DNA of 64,000 nt from Eledone cirrhosa (lineage: Eukaryota), in assembly GCA_964016885.1 (NCBI GenBank), contig OZ024741.1, forward strand, positions 170,500,001-170,564,000, read 5' to 3'. Within the stretch, counting starts at the first letter, position 1. Every line of letters starts with the position of its first letter. Shown piece by piece: positions 14,061-27,184 of the stretch. The notes below the pieces were generated by a model. The model was not told the origin of the DNA, searched no databases, and saw only the letters and a program-made list of their open reading frames with translations. A program made the position numbers and the translations under genes.

Positions 14061-14357
14061 TGTTTGTGGTGTTGTTGCTGCTGTTCATGATAGCAGCTGT
14101 CGCAGCAATAATCCTACATTTTCTGATCGGGCCACGCCGTAGGGGTCAGCCACTTTCTTCGTCACGCTTTGAGAGGTATTGTCTTTGTGTCCGCCCATGC
14201 AGCATTCTTAATCTTACTGGGAGACCTGATCGTTTAATGTTTCTCTGTTTGTTCGTCATGATACGGCAGTTTAACGTAAACCCATTATATGTCTTCGTCC
14301 TCGTTCTCTCACTTCTTTCTCTCTTAATTTGCCTCTCGTTCTCTGGCGCTATCTATT

Positions 14358-14536
<179 letters not shown>

Positions 14537-15117
14537 CCCTCTCTCTCTGAGCTCTTTGTTTCATAAATGCCCTTTTGTGACTAAAAATTTCAACTTCCTG
14601 TAGATTAGAAAATGCAAAACATGTTCCGGGCAACATTAACCATATATAAAGTAAAACAATGAAAACAGAAAATTTCAAATAGTATTCGAGATATGGTATT
14701 TTATAATCAGAAAAAGAGTTTATGCTCACCCTGTATTAGAGGAATGACTTCTAGAGGACTAGAATAGTTTCATCCGTAGAAATCATCATGGATGCGTGAG
14801 TGCATATACATTTATATAAACATAAACGGAAATTGAATTGCATTGTCAAGATTGAGATTGTGAAGAAAAAAATCCCAAAATCACATAGACAAACAAACGA
14901 TACTTTAATCGTGTTTATCTTTAGGGAATGTCAGAAGGAAACAAATATTTCCATTAGTTGAGACAGTATAAGACACATACCTTATTGCTAGCTAGGTCAG
15001 CTAGACATTATAAGCATTAATTGAAATAAAAAAAGCGATTTCATGTTATATGATATTTTAAAACAACGTATTATATATTTGAAATATTCACCGTAGGGGA
15101 CATGTGAAATAATTGAG

Positions 15118-15157
<40 letters not shown>

Positions 15158-15164
<7 letters not shown>

Positions 15165-15965
15165 GTGAGGTTTTTTTTACAAAATGAAAAATAACCGAGG
15201 TGTCCTACACGAGTGAAAGTATAAAGAAAAAGAGATGAAATCGAAAATGCAACTGGAGTCTTATTTTTTTAAAAAATATATATATTTATTTGGTTCCTTT
15301 ACCGGTTTCGCAGTTCTTCTGCTTTTCAAAAGGTGAGTTGAGATGGAGGGTCTGTGGTTTTTCTCACATCTGGTTGGTCTCTGAATGTTACTTGTTTTAT
15401 ATGGAAAAAGTGGCTCGAAATGCCAGGTTTTTCGAGAAGTAATTTGATTGGTTTGTCAATAATTATAATAAATTTCGCGCCAGTTCGCGTGACAATAGTT
15501 CTTCAAATAAGAGGGGGGGGGTTGTCACAGGTTGTTTTTTCATATATGAGTGTTTGATTTTCTTTTTACTTGACCAACCCAAAAAAAGCCTTCGTGAGCC
15601 TCCTTTTTTCAAGTAAAAAGAAATTCAAACACTCATATATGAACCCCCCCCCCCTCTTATTTGAAGAACTATTTGAAGAACTATTTGAAGAACTATTGTA
15701 ACGCGAACTGGCGCGAAATTTATTATAATTATTGACAAACCAATCAAATTACTTCTCGAAAACCTGGCATTTCGAGCCACTTTTTCTATATAAAACAAGT
15801 AACATTCACAGACCAACCAGATGTGAGAAAAACCACAGACCCTCCATCTCAACTCACCTTTTGAAAAGCAGAAGAACTGCGAAACCGGTAAAGGAACCAA
15901 ATAAATATATATATTTAAAAAAAAAATAAGACTCCAGTTGCATTTTCGATTTCATCTCTTTTTCT
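15158..15965. mobile_element. (TA)n-flanked asymmetric hairpin element
   Basis: About 15226-15558 pairs with about 15625-15965; the left arm has about 70 bp extra. Related copy at 58445-58642. Confidence 0.85.
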
Positions 15966-16040
15966 ATATATATATATATATAATTATTATAAATAAAATA
16001 ACAGGAGGCTGGACTGGTGTAAATCCTTGAAAAGTTTATT

Positions 16041-16098
16041 ATACTATGATCATTTCAATGACCGGGTTCCGTATGAATCCGGTGATATCATCAGGTAT
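16041..16098 (-). ncRNA. Type I hammerhead ribozyme (AUA site)
   Basis: ATAC-CTGATGA-(ACCGG/CCGGT helix II)-GAA-ATGATCAT-A-GTAT. Confidence 0.75.
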
Positions 16099-16160
16099 TC
16101 GAAATATAATAAAGGAATATATAAAATCCATGGGTCCGAAATTTCGGACCCATGGATTTT

Positions 16161-16263
16161 AGTTTAAGCAAAGAATCGCTGCTTTCACCCTTAACGGGAT
16201 CTTCTGAAACTAAGTTTCAGAAGATTCCGTTAAGGGTGAAAGCAGCGATTCTTTGCTTAAACT
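16161..16263. ncRNA. Palindrome encoding the U4A hammerhead variant on both strands
   Basis: Arms 16161-16211 and 16213-16263, each AGTTT-CAGAAGA...GAAAGCA..TGCTT-AAACT. A perfect 40-bp palindrome lies next to it at 16122-16161. Confidence 0.65.
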
Positions 16264-16639
16264 TTAAGCTGTTATTTTAATAAATACATATATATAAATA
16301 TTTATATATATATATATGTGTATATATAAGTATGTATATATGTATATATGTATGTATGCTTCTGTATATGTACGTATGTATGTTTGTATGTTTGTATGTT
16401 TGTATGTTTGTATATACATATGTATGAGTGTGTGTATACATATATGTATGTAAATATGCATGTATAAATATATATATTACAATTTTAAGCAAACATTCTG
16501 CTTCCAACCTAAAATCCATGGGCGGAGTTATAAATATTTGGAAAAGGATACGAGCAAATGTTCGAGAAAAATAGTTAGACATATTGGTAACACGTAAAAA
16601 GGTTCGTTTGAATTGCAGCATTAAATTGACCTCGATTGA

Positions 16640-16945
16640 AGCGAGGGTAAGCGCTTAAAAGGGATATCTCTCTTCCCATTCGCGAGAGGCAAATCCTTAA
16701 TGTAGGATGCAATGTGCTGTGATATCAACCATGTCGCTTTGGCTGCAATACCAGGCACAACTGTTGCCGTCGTGACCTAAGGTGTCGCGGGTCCCTGAAC
16801 AGCAATTTTCCTTCAAAAATGGGAAAAGCAACAAGCCCACCTAAGGAAGGAGCCTCGTGAGGCAGTGAGATTGTTGCAGCGGGTGTTGCTGGCCGTTCTC
16901 CGAGGTAACGCCTTCACCATTTTATCCGGAGGACGCATCAGAGCT
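16640..16945 (+). pseudogene. C-terminal restriction-like endonuclease remnant of a CRE-type non-LTR element
   Basis: EGKRLKGISLFPFARGKSLM*DAMCCD and LLQRVLLAVLRGNAFTIL resemble the GKRPDG..WD..C.D and QR..A..RGNA motifs. Confidence 0.6.
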
Positions 16946-17299
16946 TCTTTGCTCAGACTGAGGTGAAGAGTCTGTTCTTCCCTCCTCTTTAAACGTTCTG
17001 TTCATTGTTTAATTCATTCTGTCATGTTATCTCTATTCTTGTTTGCTTTGTGTAAATATTTGCTTGAAATGTTCCCGAAATAGTTAATTCTGCGTTCACG
17101 GATTGATATATCTCAGTTTTAGAAGATCCCGCTTTAGGGTTTACTTTAACTTTCAAACTGTGCTGATAATAAATATGTGCTCTATGGCTTTACATACACA
17201 CACGCACACATGCACACACACACATACACACAAACATATAGCAATACACACACACAGACAAACGCACATACACATACACACACAGATACACACACACAC

Positions 17300-18420
17300 G
17301 ATCTCACAAATCTCTACCAACAACAAGTTTCCTCCACCATCCAACACCTTGTCTCCTCCTCCCTCCTCCCCCCACAGCTTCCCACCTCACTTCCTCCCCA
17401 AACTCCACAAACCCGACAACCCCAGCCGCCCCATCGTCTCCGATTGCAACTGCCCCACCGAACTCATCTCCGCCTTTCTTGACTACATCCTCGCCCCCCC
17501 CCCTCGTCACCACCCTCCCCTCCCACATCTCCGACACCAACCACGCCCTTCGCCTATTCGACTCATTCACCTTCTCACCCGGTCCACAGCCCTTCCTCTT
17601 CACCCTAGATATCAAGTCGCTCTATACAGTCATCCCCCACGCCGACGGCCTACGTGCCCACAAGCACTACCTCGAACTTCGCCCCTCCCCCATCCCCCCA
17701 CCTCAAACCTCCTTCGCCTCGCTGAGCTGGTCCTCACCCTCAAGTGTTACTCCTTCTCGGGTGAGTTTTACCAACAGGTCACGGGGTTAGCCATGTGCAC
17801 AATAATGGGCCCCAAACTATGCCAACCTTTTTGTTGGCCATGTTGAGGCCCAAATCTTTACCCAGTACACCGGCCCCACGCCCGAACTGTACGGTCGTTA
17901 CATCGACGACTGTATCGGAGCCACGACCCTCACCCGGAAACAGCTCGACTCGTTTCTCTCCTTCTTCTGCTCCTTCTACCCCTCCCTCCATTTCACCACC
18001 TCTATCTCCACCACCTACGTACACTTCTTACACATCTCCGTCGCCTTCGACCCCTCCCAACACTCCCTAGTCACCTCCGCCTTCTTCAAACCCACCGACT
18101 CCCGCTCCTACCTCGACTTCACCTCTTCCCACCCTACACACACTAAACACTCCATTCCCTACTCCCAACTCCTCAGGATCCGCGCCTCTGTAGCCGAGAT
18201 GCTGACTTTGAGTCCCAGGCCCTTTCCCTAGTCAGCCATTTCATCCGCAGAGGTTACCCCCTACGCTGCCCCCCTCTCGTCCACACCGCTCTCACTCGCG
18301 CCCGTGCTGTCCACCGCACCACCACCCTAACCCCAGACCACCGCACACCCACCCACCGTCTCCTCTTCCTCATCACCTACCACCCCTCCAACCTACCCCT
18401 CCACCGCACCATCCTCCGCC
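17300..18420 (+). pseudogene. Frameshifted PLE reverse transcriptase fragment (Neptune/Poseidon-like)
   Basis: LPKLHKPDNPSRPIVS, DIKSLYTVIPH, MGPNYANLFVG, RYIDDCIG, KPTDSRSYLDFTSSHP; ends in (TA)n. Confidence 0.9.
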
Positions 18421-18496
18421 TATATATATATACATACAACTCGTATCGAATCCTCCCGGGATTTTGGTCTTTGTAATCATTATTACTACTACTACT

Positions 18497-18995
18497 AGGC
18501 GGTGGATTGACAGTATTGGTAGAGTGTCGGATGCCATGCTTTGGCGCATAGAGTTACGGCTCTTGCCATTCTGAGTTCAAATCCCGCCGAGGTTAACTTT
18601 GCCTTTCATCCTTACGGGGTCGATAAAATAAAGTACCAGTAATGCACTGGGTAATTGCTGGCCTTGTGCCTAAAGTAGAAACAATTATTACTACTACTAC
18701 CGCCGAGGATGACTTTACCTTTCATCCTTAGGGGTTTGATAAAATAAAGTACCAGTAATGCACTGGGTTTTGCTGTACTTGTGCCTAAAGTAGAAACAAT
18801 TATTACTACTACTATTACAAAGGGCCGTGTATTGGCAGTATCGGTAGAGGGTCGGACGCCATGCTTTGTAGCACAGTTATGTCCCTTTACGGACTGAGTT
18901 CAAATCCCGCCGGGGTCGATAAAATAAAGTACCAGTAATGCACTGGGCAATTGCTGGCCTTGTGCCAAAAGTAGAAACAATTATTACTACTACTA
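18497..18995 (+). mobile_element. Head-to-tail cluster of three SINE copies separated by (TAC)n/(TAT)n
   Basis: Copies at about 18497-18688, 18700-18803 (3' part) and 18821-18984. Confidence 0.9.
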
Positions 18996-19364
18996 TTTAT
19001 AAATGTATATAAAATTCACGTGCTATATGTATCAACGAAGTGACTGGTGAGAACATACCTGTGAGAGTGGAGGGTAGGTGGCACGTCAAGGCCGTTGAGA
19101 CTTTATTGGGGCATGTGAAGGAGAATCTGATAGACATGGATCTGGCCCAAAAGCAGGCCCGTAGCAGCGCTTGCGACTATGCAGAAGTGAGCTGATTAAT
19201 CGCCAAATGCTCCATATTGTAGAGTCTACAATGTAGACTAAATGACTATATATATATATATAATTAATTAAATTAAATTAAATTAAAAGAGTCATGTCTG
19301 AGACATGCGCCATATCCACCGTATAATAAGCTCAAAGATTCCAATAAGTAGATCCGAGCATTTT

Positions 19365-19996
19365 ATATCAACTAGAAATTGATCGACATACATAAACACA
19401 TGAAACAATCACAGGGGATAATTTGTAAAGTGTGTAATCACACATAGTTATGTAGGTAACTAATTAAAGTTTAACTAGAGCTTCAAATATTACCTTTCCA
19501 AAAAAGGATTAATCCCCCTTGTATATATTTCATTAAAGAAATATATTTCACTGTTAATCCGTAAAGTCCCAGTAGTCAAATGTTGGATCTTCAGCAAGGA
19601 AGAAGATTTAACTATCTGTGCTTACACATCAAATGCAAATCTGCGAGTGAGCCATCGCACGTGTTGCATTTCTAAAACTACTAACAATATGCTAGCGTCC
19701 TCCGATTGGCGTTAATAGGGTGGTCGCCAGCTATAAATAGCAGCCGAGTCCTTTCAACTGAAGATCCAACATTTGACTACTGTGACTTTAAGGATTAACT
19801 GTGAAATATATTTATTTAATGAAATATATACAAGGAGGATTAATCATATTTTAAAAAGGTAATATTTGAAGCTCTAGTTAAACTTTAATTAGTTATCTAC
19901 ATAACTATGTGTGATTACACACTTTACAAATTATCCCCTGTGATTGTTTCATGTGTTTATTTTAAATATATGTATGTCAATCAATTTCTAGCTGAT
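19365..19996. mobile_element. Hairpin element with a hammerhead core in each arm, within a (TA)n-flanked segment
   Basis: 19365-19594 pairs with 19758-19996. Confidence 0.85.
19517..19600 (-). ncRNA. Minimal type I hammerhead with enlarged, branched helix II
   Basis: CCTTG-CTGAAGA-...-GAA-ATATAT-A-CAAGG. Confidence 0.6.
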
Positions 19997-20150
19997 ATAT
20001 ATATATATATATATATATTCAGGTTTGAGATTCACCACTGGGTAGAGCGTCTTCGTTTTTGTAGTTGGTGGGGCTAGTACGGAGTTAAATATTATAATAA
20101 AATGACAGGAGTCTGTCATTTTATTATAATATATATATATATATATATAT

Positions 20151-20306
20151 AGGGTGGGTAAAATTCCCTAAATCCATGGACCAGGTCTCGCCAGTGGTTT
20201 CAGTCCTTCATCATCGCCACAATGTTCTGTGTCTCCAAGAGACCTGTATCTGTCCTTCGGGCATCAACATATGTCAACCTCGGTCACCGTCTTCTAGTGT
20301 GTCCAA
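20151..20306 (-). mobile_element. Diverged 3' end of an RTE LINE at a TA tract
   Basis: Similar to the reverse complement of 62447-62604. Confidence 0.75.
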
Positions 20307-20574
20307 TATGGAAACGGACTAATATATTGCTTTAAACGCTGTCGGAAAAGTCGTCAACAATTGGGTATCAGTGTCATTACATAAGAAACATTGATATAAT
20401 AGAAATGCCAATAAGAACAAAATTACGTAATAAACTGAATCATGGAGATCTTGCGTTTGTATTAATTATATATATACTATTGAAGATCCGCATAGCTGAA
20501 ACAATATATATTAATATATATATATATAATATATATATATATAATATATATATATATAATATATATATATATAT

Positions 20575-20753
20575 AATTGTTTCTACTTTTGGCAGAAGGC
20601 CAGCAATTATCGCAGTGTATTACTGGTACTTTATTTTATCCACCCGGTAAGGAGGAAAGGCAAAGGAACCTCGGCGGGATTTGAAGTCCGACCATAAAGG
20701 GCCGTAACTCGTTGATGTAAAACATGGTGTCCGACCCTCTACCAATACTGCCA
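20575..20753 (-). mobile_element. tRNA-derived SINE
   Basis: Reverse complement of the 1681-1862 family. Confidence 0.85.
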
Positions 20754-20952
20754 TATATATATTATATATATATATTATATACCCTATGTATATTATATAT
20801 ATATATTATATATATATATTAAATATATATATAATATATATAATATATATATAATACATATATATATATTATATACATATACATATATATATAAATATAT
20901 ATATATATCAATGATATTAATAAATGGAAAACTATATTTATAAAACCATATT

Positions 20953-21013
20953 TATTCTATTATAAATATTTCAAGGGTACCAAAACTTTGGTACACTCTC
21001 ATCAGATAAAATA
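20953..21013 (-). ncRNA. Type I hammerhead ribozyme
   Basis: TATTTTAT-CTGATGA-(GTACCAAA/TTTGGTAC)-GAA-ATATTTAT-A-ATAGAATA. Paralog at 37168-37230. Confidence 0.7.
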
Positions 21014-21484
21014 CAAAGCCTGTTTTATAAATATTGACATATCCAGGAATGAGACCTTAACGGTTCAAGTTTTACCTGGATGTGTGTCTGTGCATGCGTG
21101 TGTGCGTGCCTGTGTGGGTTTGTGTGTACACAAGATTTAAATAGTTTAAAAAGAGACCGATTCATTTTATCAATTCATTACTCAAGTTTCTTTAAGATAT
21201 AACCAAATCACAAATATGACAAATATGACAGATATTTTTAAACATAAGTTACGAGCGAAGAAAATGACAGTAGCCACGTGTTGTGACATCTGTTTTTTTT
21301 GTTTCCTATTTGGCACATTGATACAGGATCTTGTGCGCACAGTATATCTATCATACACAATACTGTATATATTAATTCATTTTTCATGGCTCTGTCTATC
21401 ATTCTCTCTTTTTCTCTCTTTAGCAGCCACCTTCCTGATGTTTTACATCTGTCCATATTAAACGCCCGTATTCATCCATTCTTT

Positions 21485-21567
<83 letters not shown>

Positions 21568-21650
21568 GTTATTCCGGCTTGAATCGGAGGTAACCACAGT
21601 AAGTAAGGTACTCAATACATAGCAGAGTATAAAAGTTTTAATATAGATGA

Positions 21651-21699
21651 GATTCTACAGGACTAGAACTGTTTCATTCATTAGAAATCATCAGGAATC
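21651..21699 (-). ncRNA. Type I hammerhead (GUA site) inside a perfect 63-bp-arm palindrome (21634-21760)
   Basis: GATTC-CTGATGA-TTTC.TAAT.GAAT-GAA-ACAG..CTGT-A-GAATC. Confidence 0.75.
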
Positions 21700-21789
21700 C
21701 TGATGATTTCTAATGAATGAAACAGTTCTAGTCCTGTAGAATCTCATCTATATTAAAACTATATATATATATATATATAAATGGCTATT

Positions 21790-21925
21790 TCTATCTGTTT
21801 GTTTGTTTGTGAACCTAAAACTCAAAAACTACCAAACCGATCTTGATGAAACTTGACACATGTGTGGGGCTCATGTCCATTTGATTTCTTACGTATATTT
21901 CAATTTAATCAAAGAGTTCCTCGGG
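21790..21925 (+). mobile_element. Possible Helentron-associated (DINE-1/HINE-like) repeat fragment
   Basis: (TGTT)n followed by CTCAAAAACTACCAAACCGATCTTGATGAAACTTG, recalled as typical of such elements. Confidence 0.35.
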
Positions 21926-21964
21926 GGATCAAACCCCCGCTGAAAACTCTTTCTCTTCGATTCA

Positions 21965-24900
21965 TATGGAATTTAAACCATAGGTAAATGGCAAGATGAC
22001 AACAACAATGATGACAGCAACACCAACAAGAACAACTCCGCCAAAAAAAGAAACAATTTCGTTCGCACAAACTGTCCAACAGATGGAACTATATACACAG
22101 ATTGACATCTGTAATGCCGAAGAATTGCTAAGAGATGCCAAGCAATATATAACTTTTAGGGAGAATGGCGCGTTTAGCATCACTTCTCCCCAAGAATTGC
22201 GTAGAGATACTGTCCTGAAAACCATAGTTTTCATGACAATCTCAAATACCACTAGAAAACCAGCTCAATTAACTCAAAATGAAACTGAGCTGGTTCTAAG
22301 AAACTCCATGAAGGACATTACCTTCATACAGAAGGGAAAACTCTTCGGGAATTTATCGGTAATAATAAAAGACCAATTGCCGGCACAGAAATATTCTGTG
22401 TCGCCAATTGTGACCCACCTCTACACCTTTTTCCCCACATATGTGGGGAAAAGGAACCCAACAATAAGGGTAACGAGTATCGCACCAAATGTAAATATCT
22501 GGTGGATATTGAGTGGCTTTATCAACTTTGATGAATACACAATAATACCGTTAGTACCGTTAAATATAGTACCGTTACATATACTCCTTCCAGGAGTATA
22601 TTTAACAGTACTAGCTTAGAAGTTCTGGTCCAAATGAGGCCAGAACGAATAGCTAGAATCCCACAACTTGTGCCTCTGGATGGAGTTTCCTACATAAACA
22701 TTTCTGTTGAGGGTAGGCGGCCTTCATGTTACCACTGTTTAAGCAGTGGTCACCAGAGGGCTTCCTGTCCTCAATTAACTGCGATAAAAAAGGCACTACT
22801 GCCAACACCCAACAAAACAACACAACCACCACCACCACCACCACCAGAACAACAACAACAACACACAAAAATAACGAAAACAAACCAAACCGCAAACACA
22901 GTCCCACCCAACCTCTTCCCACCTAAAACAACTCCAAAAACACCCACAAGCACAACAGCTCCTCAAAACGGACCCCTCCCCAATCACACATACACCACAA
23001 CGGACGAGGCCCCGTCATCATCACTCAGTGATGATGAGAGAGTACCCCTCCGCTCCAAAAGGAAAAAAAAAGACATAACACGAACAAAAACGCAACAAAC
23101 ACACAACCACCAACACAAACAACACAAACATTACAAACAAAAATCCCCCCTCCTGAAAACAAAACAACGACAACACTCCAAACACAAACACCTACAACAA
23201 AACGAAAACGCACACAAGAACAACAGACAAAAACCAGCACAACACAACAAGAACATTACACATACATAAACAGTGAAAACAAAACCTAAATGGAGGTCAT
23301 CTCCAACGACCCTTCGGTGAATACCGAAGGGAAAACTTTTTCGAACTGTGTAGACAGACCCAATTTAAAGATGATTAGGGTCTCTACGGATACCTATAAG
23401 TCTTTCCCAAGGACGTTGGTAATCCTTGCGTTAAATCCATTAACCGCGTCCTTTTAAAATGTCCATGATCCACAGCGAGCGGTAACTGGCCCCCATCTTC
23501 GACGACTTTGAGATCTACGCATCTCTGTGTCAGCCGGGAGGTGGGGGCGGGGTTGCCGTTTTGCTGCGGAAACACTTGGACCTCGTAACACAGATGGTAC
23601 ATCTGGACTCGGAGGGTTGACTGGTGGTCCACTGTTGACGGTCGTGAAGGTGTAGCTTTCAGACTGGTGGCCTCATATGCCCCATCCGGGACACCGCGGC
23701 CAGACTTCTTCAAACGTCTAGAGACTTTTCTGGGAAGGTGCCGCTCCCTGCTGTTAGTGGGGGACTGGAATGGAATCCTAGAGTCACGTTGGGACTATGT
23801 GGGAGCATGTCCCGATGGAGGGGGTTTGGGGGTGTAACAGCCTCAAACAGGTAATCGGCCGATTTCAACTGGCCGATAGATATCGACTAGATTTTCCAAC
23901 TGTGCCACTGTGAACGTGGAACAACCACAGCGGAACATCTAGATCGTACCTAGATAGGTTTATAGTTAGAGTTAGTGATAGGGACATGTTAAACTGTCCA
24001 CAAATGTTCATGGTTCCCTATTCAGATCACAAACTAGTGACCTTCTTAGTCAACCTTGATAGAACCCATAGACAGAGACCCAGCTACTGGAAGATGAACT
24101 TGGCGTTACCGACATGCAAAGCCTACAGTAAACGGATTAGCACTTTCGTTAAGGAGCAGTTGACGGGGGCCATTGTCAGCAACAGATGGTGGTACACTCT
24201 CAAGAGGGCAGTCAGATTAGACTCGATAGTGTTAGTAAAGAATTAGTGTTAGATAGAAATAAGACCGAAAAGGAACTGGTAGATAAAGTAGAAGAGGCAC
24301 TTAGGAGTGGCAACGTAGTCAGCGTGCTAACGACGAGAACGGCCTTGGACCAGTTCTTCGACGCAAAGCACGAATGCTGCGTTGTCAGGAGCAAAATACG
24401 TGCTCTGGGAAACGAGGGAGCCAAAGCTGTTAACTGGGCCCGAGTGACAGAGCAAAAAAGTGGCAACAAGTCCACGATTTGGTCTTTGAAGGACCAAGAC
24501 GGACGCGTGATACGTGAGCCGAAGCAGATGTGCGTGTCCCTTCAGCGGCAATTTGCTCAACTGTTCGGGCAGAGCGGCGCTACGGGAGGGGCTATGGATT
24601 TCAGTCCATACCTCGATGGCCTGCCGCGACTCTCGAACAGCGAGGCGAAGTTCTGCGAAAGGCCGATTTCGGCCGCTGAGATAGGGGACGCGCTGAACCA
24701 ATGCGGCAAACGCAAATATCCAGGAATTTTACGTACAATGCCGGACTTGTTCTCCGGTCTCCTGGAAGCGGTCTACTGCAACTGGCAGCAGAATGGGAGA
24801 ATTTCCCGTTCTGTGACCAAGGGCGTAGTCACGTTAGTCAGGAAGGACGAGAATAAAGGGGATGACATAGGCAACTTCCAGCTCATAACACTGCTACACA

Positions 24901-26112
24901 CAGTGTTACAGATTTTGGCCAAGGTGTTGGCAAAGAGGTTGGCGCTTGCCTTCGAAAACCTGGTGGGAGAAGCGCAGACATGCGCAATCCCGACCAGGTC
25001 CATACACGACAACCCCCAACTCATGCGATACATCATAGAGAGGGTAGTCTGTAAACCCGGCTTCAGTGGGGCCCTGATAAACTTGGATCAGTCTAAGGCT
25101 TTCGATAGGGTTGACCATCGTTACCTGGAAGTGGTGCTCGAGGCGGCAGGGTTCGTACCCGTGTTCAGGGGCTGGATTGCTGCAATGCACAGCAGCAACA
25201 TCTGCTCAAGGGTCATGATGAATGGCTACCTCCGGAGCCGTTCCATATCACGAGATCCATCCGACAGGGATGCCCTCTCTCCTCTCTTCTGTACGTACTG
25301 ACTCTCGAGCCACTACTGCGGAAGTTGGAGATATTGCAGGGCATCCCTTTGGAACCGGGACTGCGAAAAGCGGCGTTACAGTAATGTTGTCGAACACCTC
25401 GCAGATCGGGGAGGTCGGCACCTTACTGAAGGAATACGAAAGGTTCACAGGAGCGAAGCTGAACCGGAACAAATCCGTCGGTTTGCAACTCGGAACGTGG
25501 ATAGGCAAACCGATACCTTCCGATGGCGTCGTCGGACGCTGGACGGAAGGACCGGTAAAGCTGCTCGGGGTCTGATTTGGTCCTGACCTCCAGGTGGAGA
25601 AGAACTGGAACGAGGTGACGGCCAAGGTGTTTGCTCTCACCCAGAAGTGAGCCGAGTGCAAACTATCCTTGAAAGGTCGAGCGGAGGTGGCGAACACTTT
25701 TATAGCGTCTGTCATCTACTACCGCTTGATCGCCGTGCCTTGTCCCGCCAAAACGCTCACCAAAATGGAGCGCGCGCTCTTCCAATTCCTTTGGAAGAAA
25801 CGGGCTCCTTTGGTGAGAAGATCCATCTGCTGTCAACACCCTTCCAACGGAGGGCTGGGGGTGTCGTGGCTGACGATGCGCAATCACGCTCTCAGGCTGC
25901 GGCACCTCCACGTATTCCTCACTGGACGACCGGTGTGGGCCCCGTTCGTGAGGCGAGCCTTCCTACGACTCGTCTCGCTGACCGAGCTGCAATCCTGTGT
26001 CAAGCAAAGACCGAGGAAAATGGGCAACTGGCACATCGAATGTGCTCAGGCGCTCACAGTCCTCTGGCAAATGGACACGGCGATCAGTAGAGACTCCACT
26101 TCGTCATTCTAG
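21965..26112 (+). mobile_element. Decayed Tx1/L1-clade LINE: ORF1 with zinc knuckle, ORF2 with APE + RT; 3' truncated
   Basis: ORF1 CYHCLSSGHQRASC (CX2CX4HX4C). APE motifs LVGDWN, SYLDRF, SDHKLV. RT motifs KILAKVLA-like, QTCAIP, LDQSKAFDRVDH. Many stops and frameshifts. Confidence 0.9.
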
Positions 26113-26227
26113 GGACCAGATTCGCTAAGGTGAAAAGAATAATAACTATAGACAATAGGGTTTGCCTGACTCATTTTAAGAATAAATCAAGAAAATAAAT
26201 ACAAACCGGAATTGTGGTAACTACCAA

Positions 26228-26308
26228 TTACCCAGACAGCTTTTGGTACTGCTGTTTCGCAAAATTAATTGTGAATAGGAATGGTAATTCTTGCTCATCA
26301 GTGGTTGA
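26228..26308 (-). ncRNA. Type I hammerhead ribozyme (GUC)
   Basis: Inverted copy of 26731-26811. Confidence 0.85.
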
Positions 26309-26730
26309 AAAATTAGTATCCTAGACTTCTAAGTATATTAAGAAACTGAATAGCGCGCGTATATATAACAACGCACATGGTATCTGAACTTAGCGCGTCT
26401 CACAAACTTACACCACTAAAAATAGCAGCCAGGTTTATTCGATATTTAAATTAGCTCGTGATCGTCTTTCTTTTATATTCAATTATAATATACGGGTCGG
26501 AAAAATCTCTTCCCTAGAGACTATTTTGAGTTTCTAACACAATATATACCTTTGATATATTCGGCTCCGTTAATTTGTTGAGCTAATTCAAATGTCGAAT
26601 AAACCTGGCTGCTATTTTTAGTGTTGTAAGTTTGTGAGACGCGCTAAGTTCAGATACAATGTGCGTTGTTATATATACGCACACTATTCACTTACTTAAT
26701 ATACTTGGAAGTGTCTAGGATACTAATTCT

Positions 26731-26811
26731 TCAACCACTGATGAGCAAGAATTGGCATTCCTGTTCACAATTAATTTTGCGAAACAGCAGTACTAAAAGC
26801 TGTCTGGGTGA
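26731..26811 (+). ncRNA. Type I hammerhead ribozyme (GUC), full helix III
   Basis: TCAACCA-CTGATGA-GCAAGAATT..AATTTTGC-GAA-ACAGC..GCTGT-C-TGGGTGA. Confidence 0.9.
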
Positions 26812-27152
26812 TTGGTAGTTACCAATTATTCTTAAATTGTGGCAGGCAAATCCTATTGTCTATAGTTAGTATTCTTTTCACCTTATATATTATTCATAAT
26901 ATTAATAAATGATGACATTCACATAATCAAAATATATGTTTTATTATATATTTTCGAAGGTACTGTGTTGTCTTTTCAGTACGTCCTCGTCACATAAAAT
27001 ACATGAATTGATATATGACATACCTCAACGGTCTTGATCGTTCAAATATATATATATATATAATGGAAAAATTTGAACAGGAACAAAACAGAGAGGCAGT
27101 ACAACGAATGTTTATTAATTTCACGCTCTGGAGAGTGGGGTGGTGGTGGGGA

Positions 27153-27184
27153 ACGACGTTTCGGGCATAAGCCCTTCCTCAGGT
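27153..27184 (-). ncRNA. Minimal PLE-type hammerhead
   Basis: AC-CTGAGGA-A-GGGC.TTAT.GCCC-GAAACGTC-GT, about 90 bp from a TA run. Confidence 0.7.

Larger units (their letters stand above)
26126..26885. mobile_element. Hairpin element with a full hammerhead in each arm
   Basis: 26126-26457 pairs with 26580-26885; lies immediately after the LINE truncation point. Confidence 0.9.

Noticed and set aside
15380-15445. Hammerhead in the 15158-15965 hairpin
   Set aside because: CTGAATG lacks G8/A9 and the helices are not convincing.
18497-18995. CRISPR-like or tRNA gene array
   Set aside because: The repeats are SINE bodies with simple-repeat linkers; there is no cloverleaf, no unique spacers and no cas genes.
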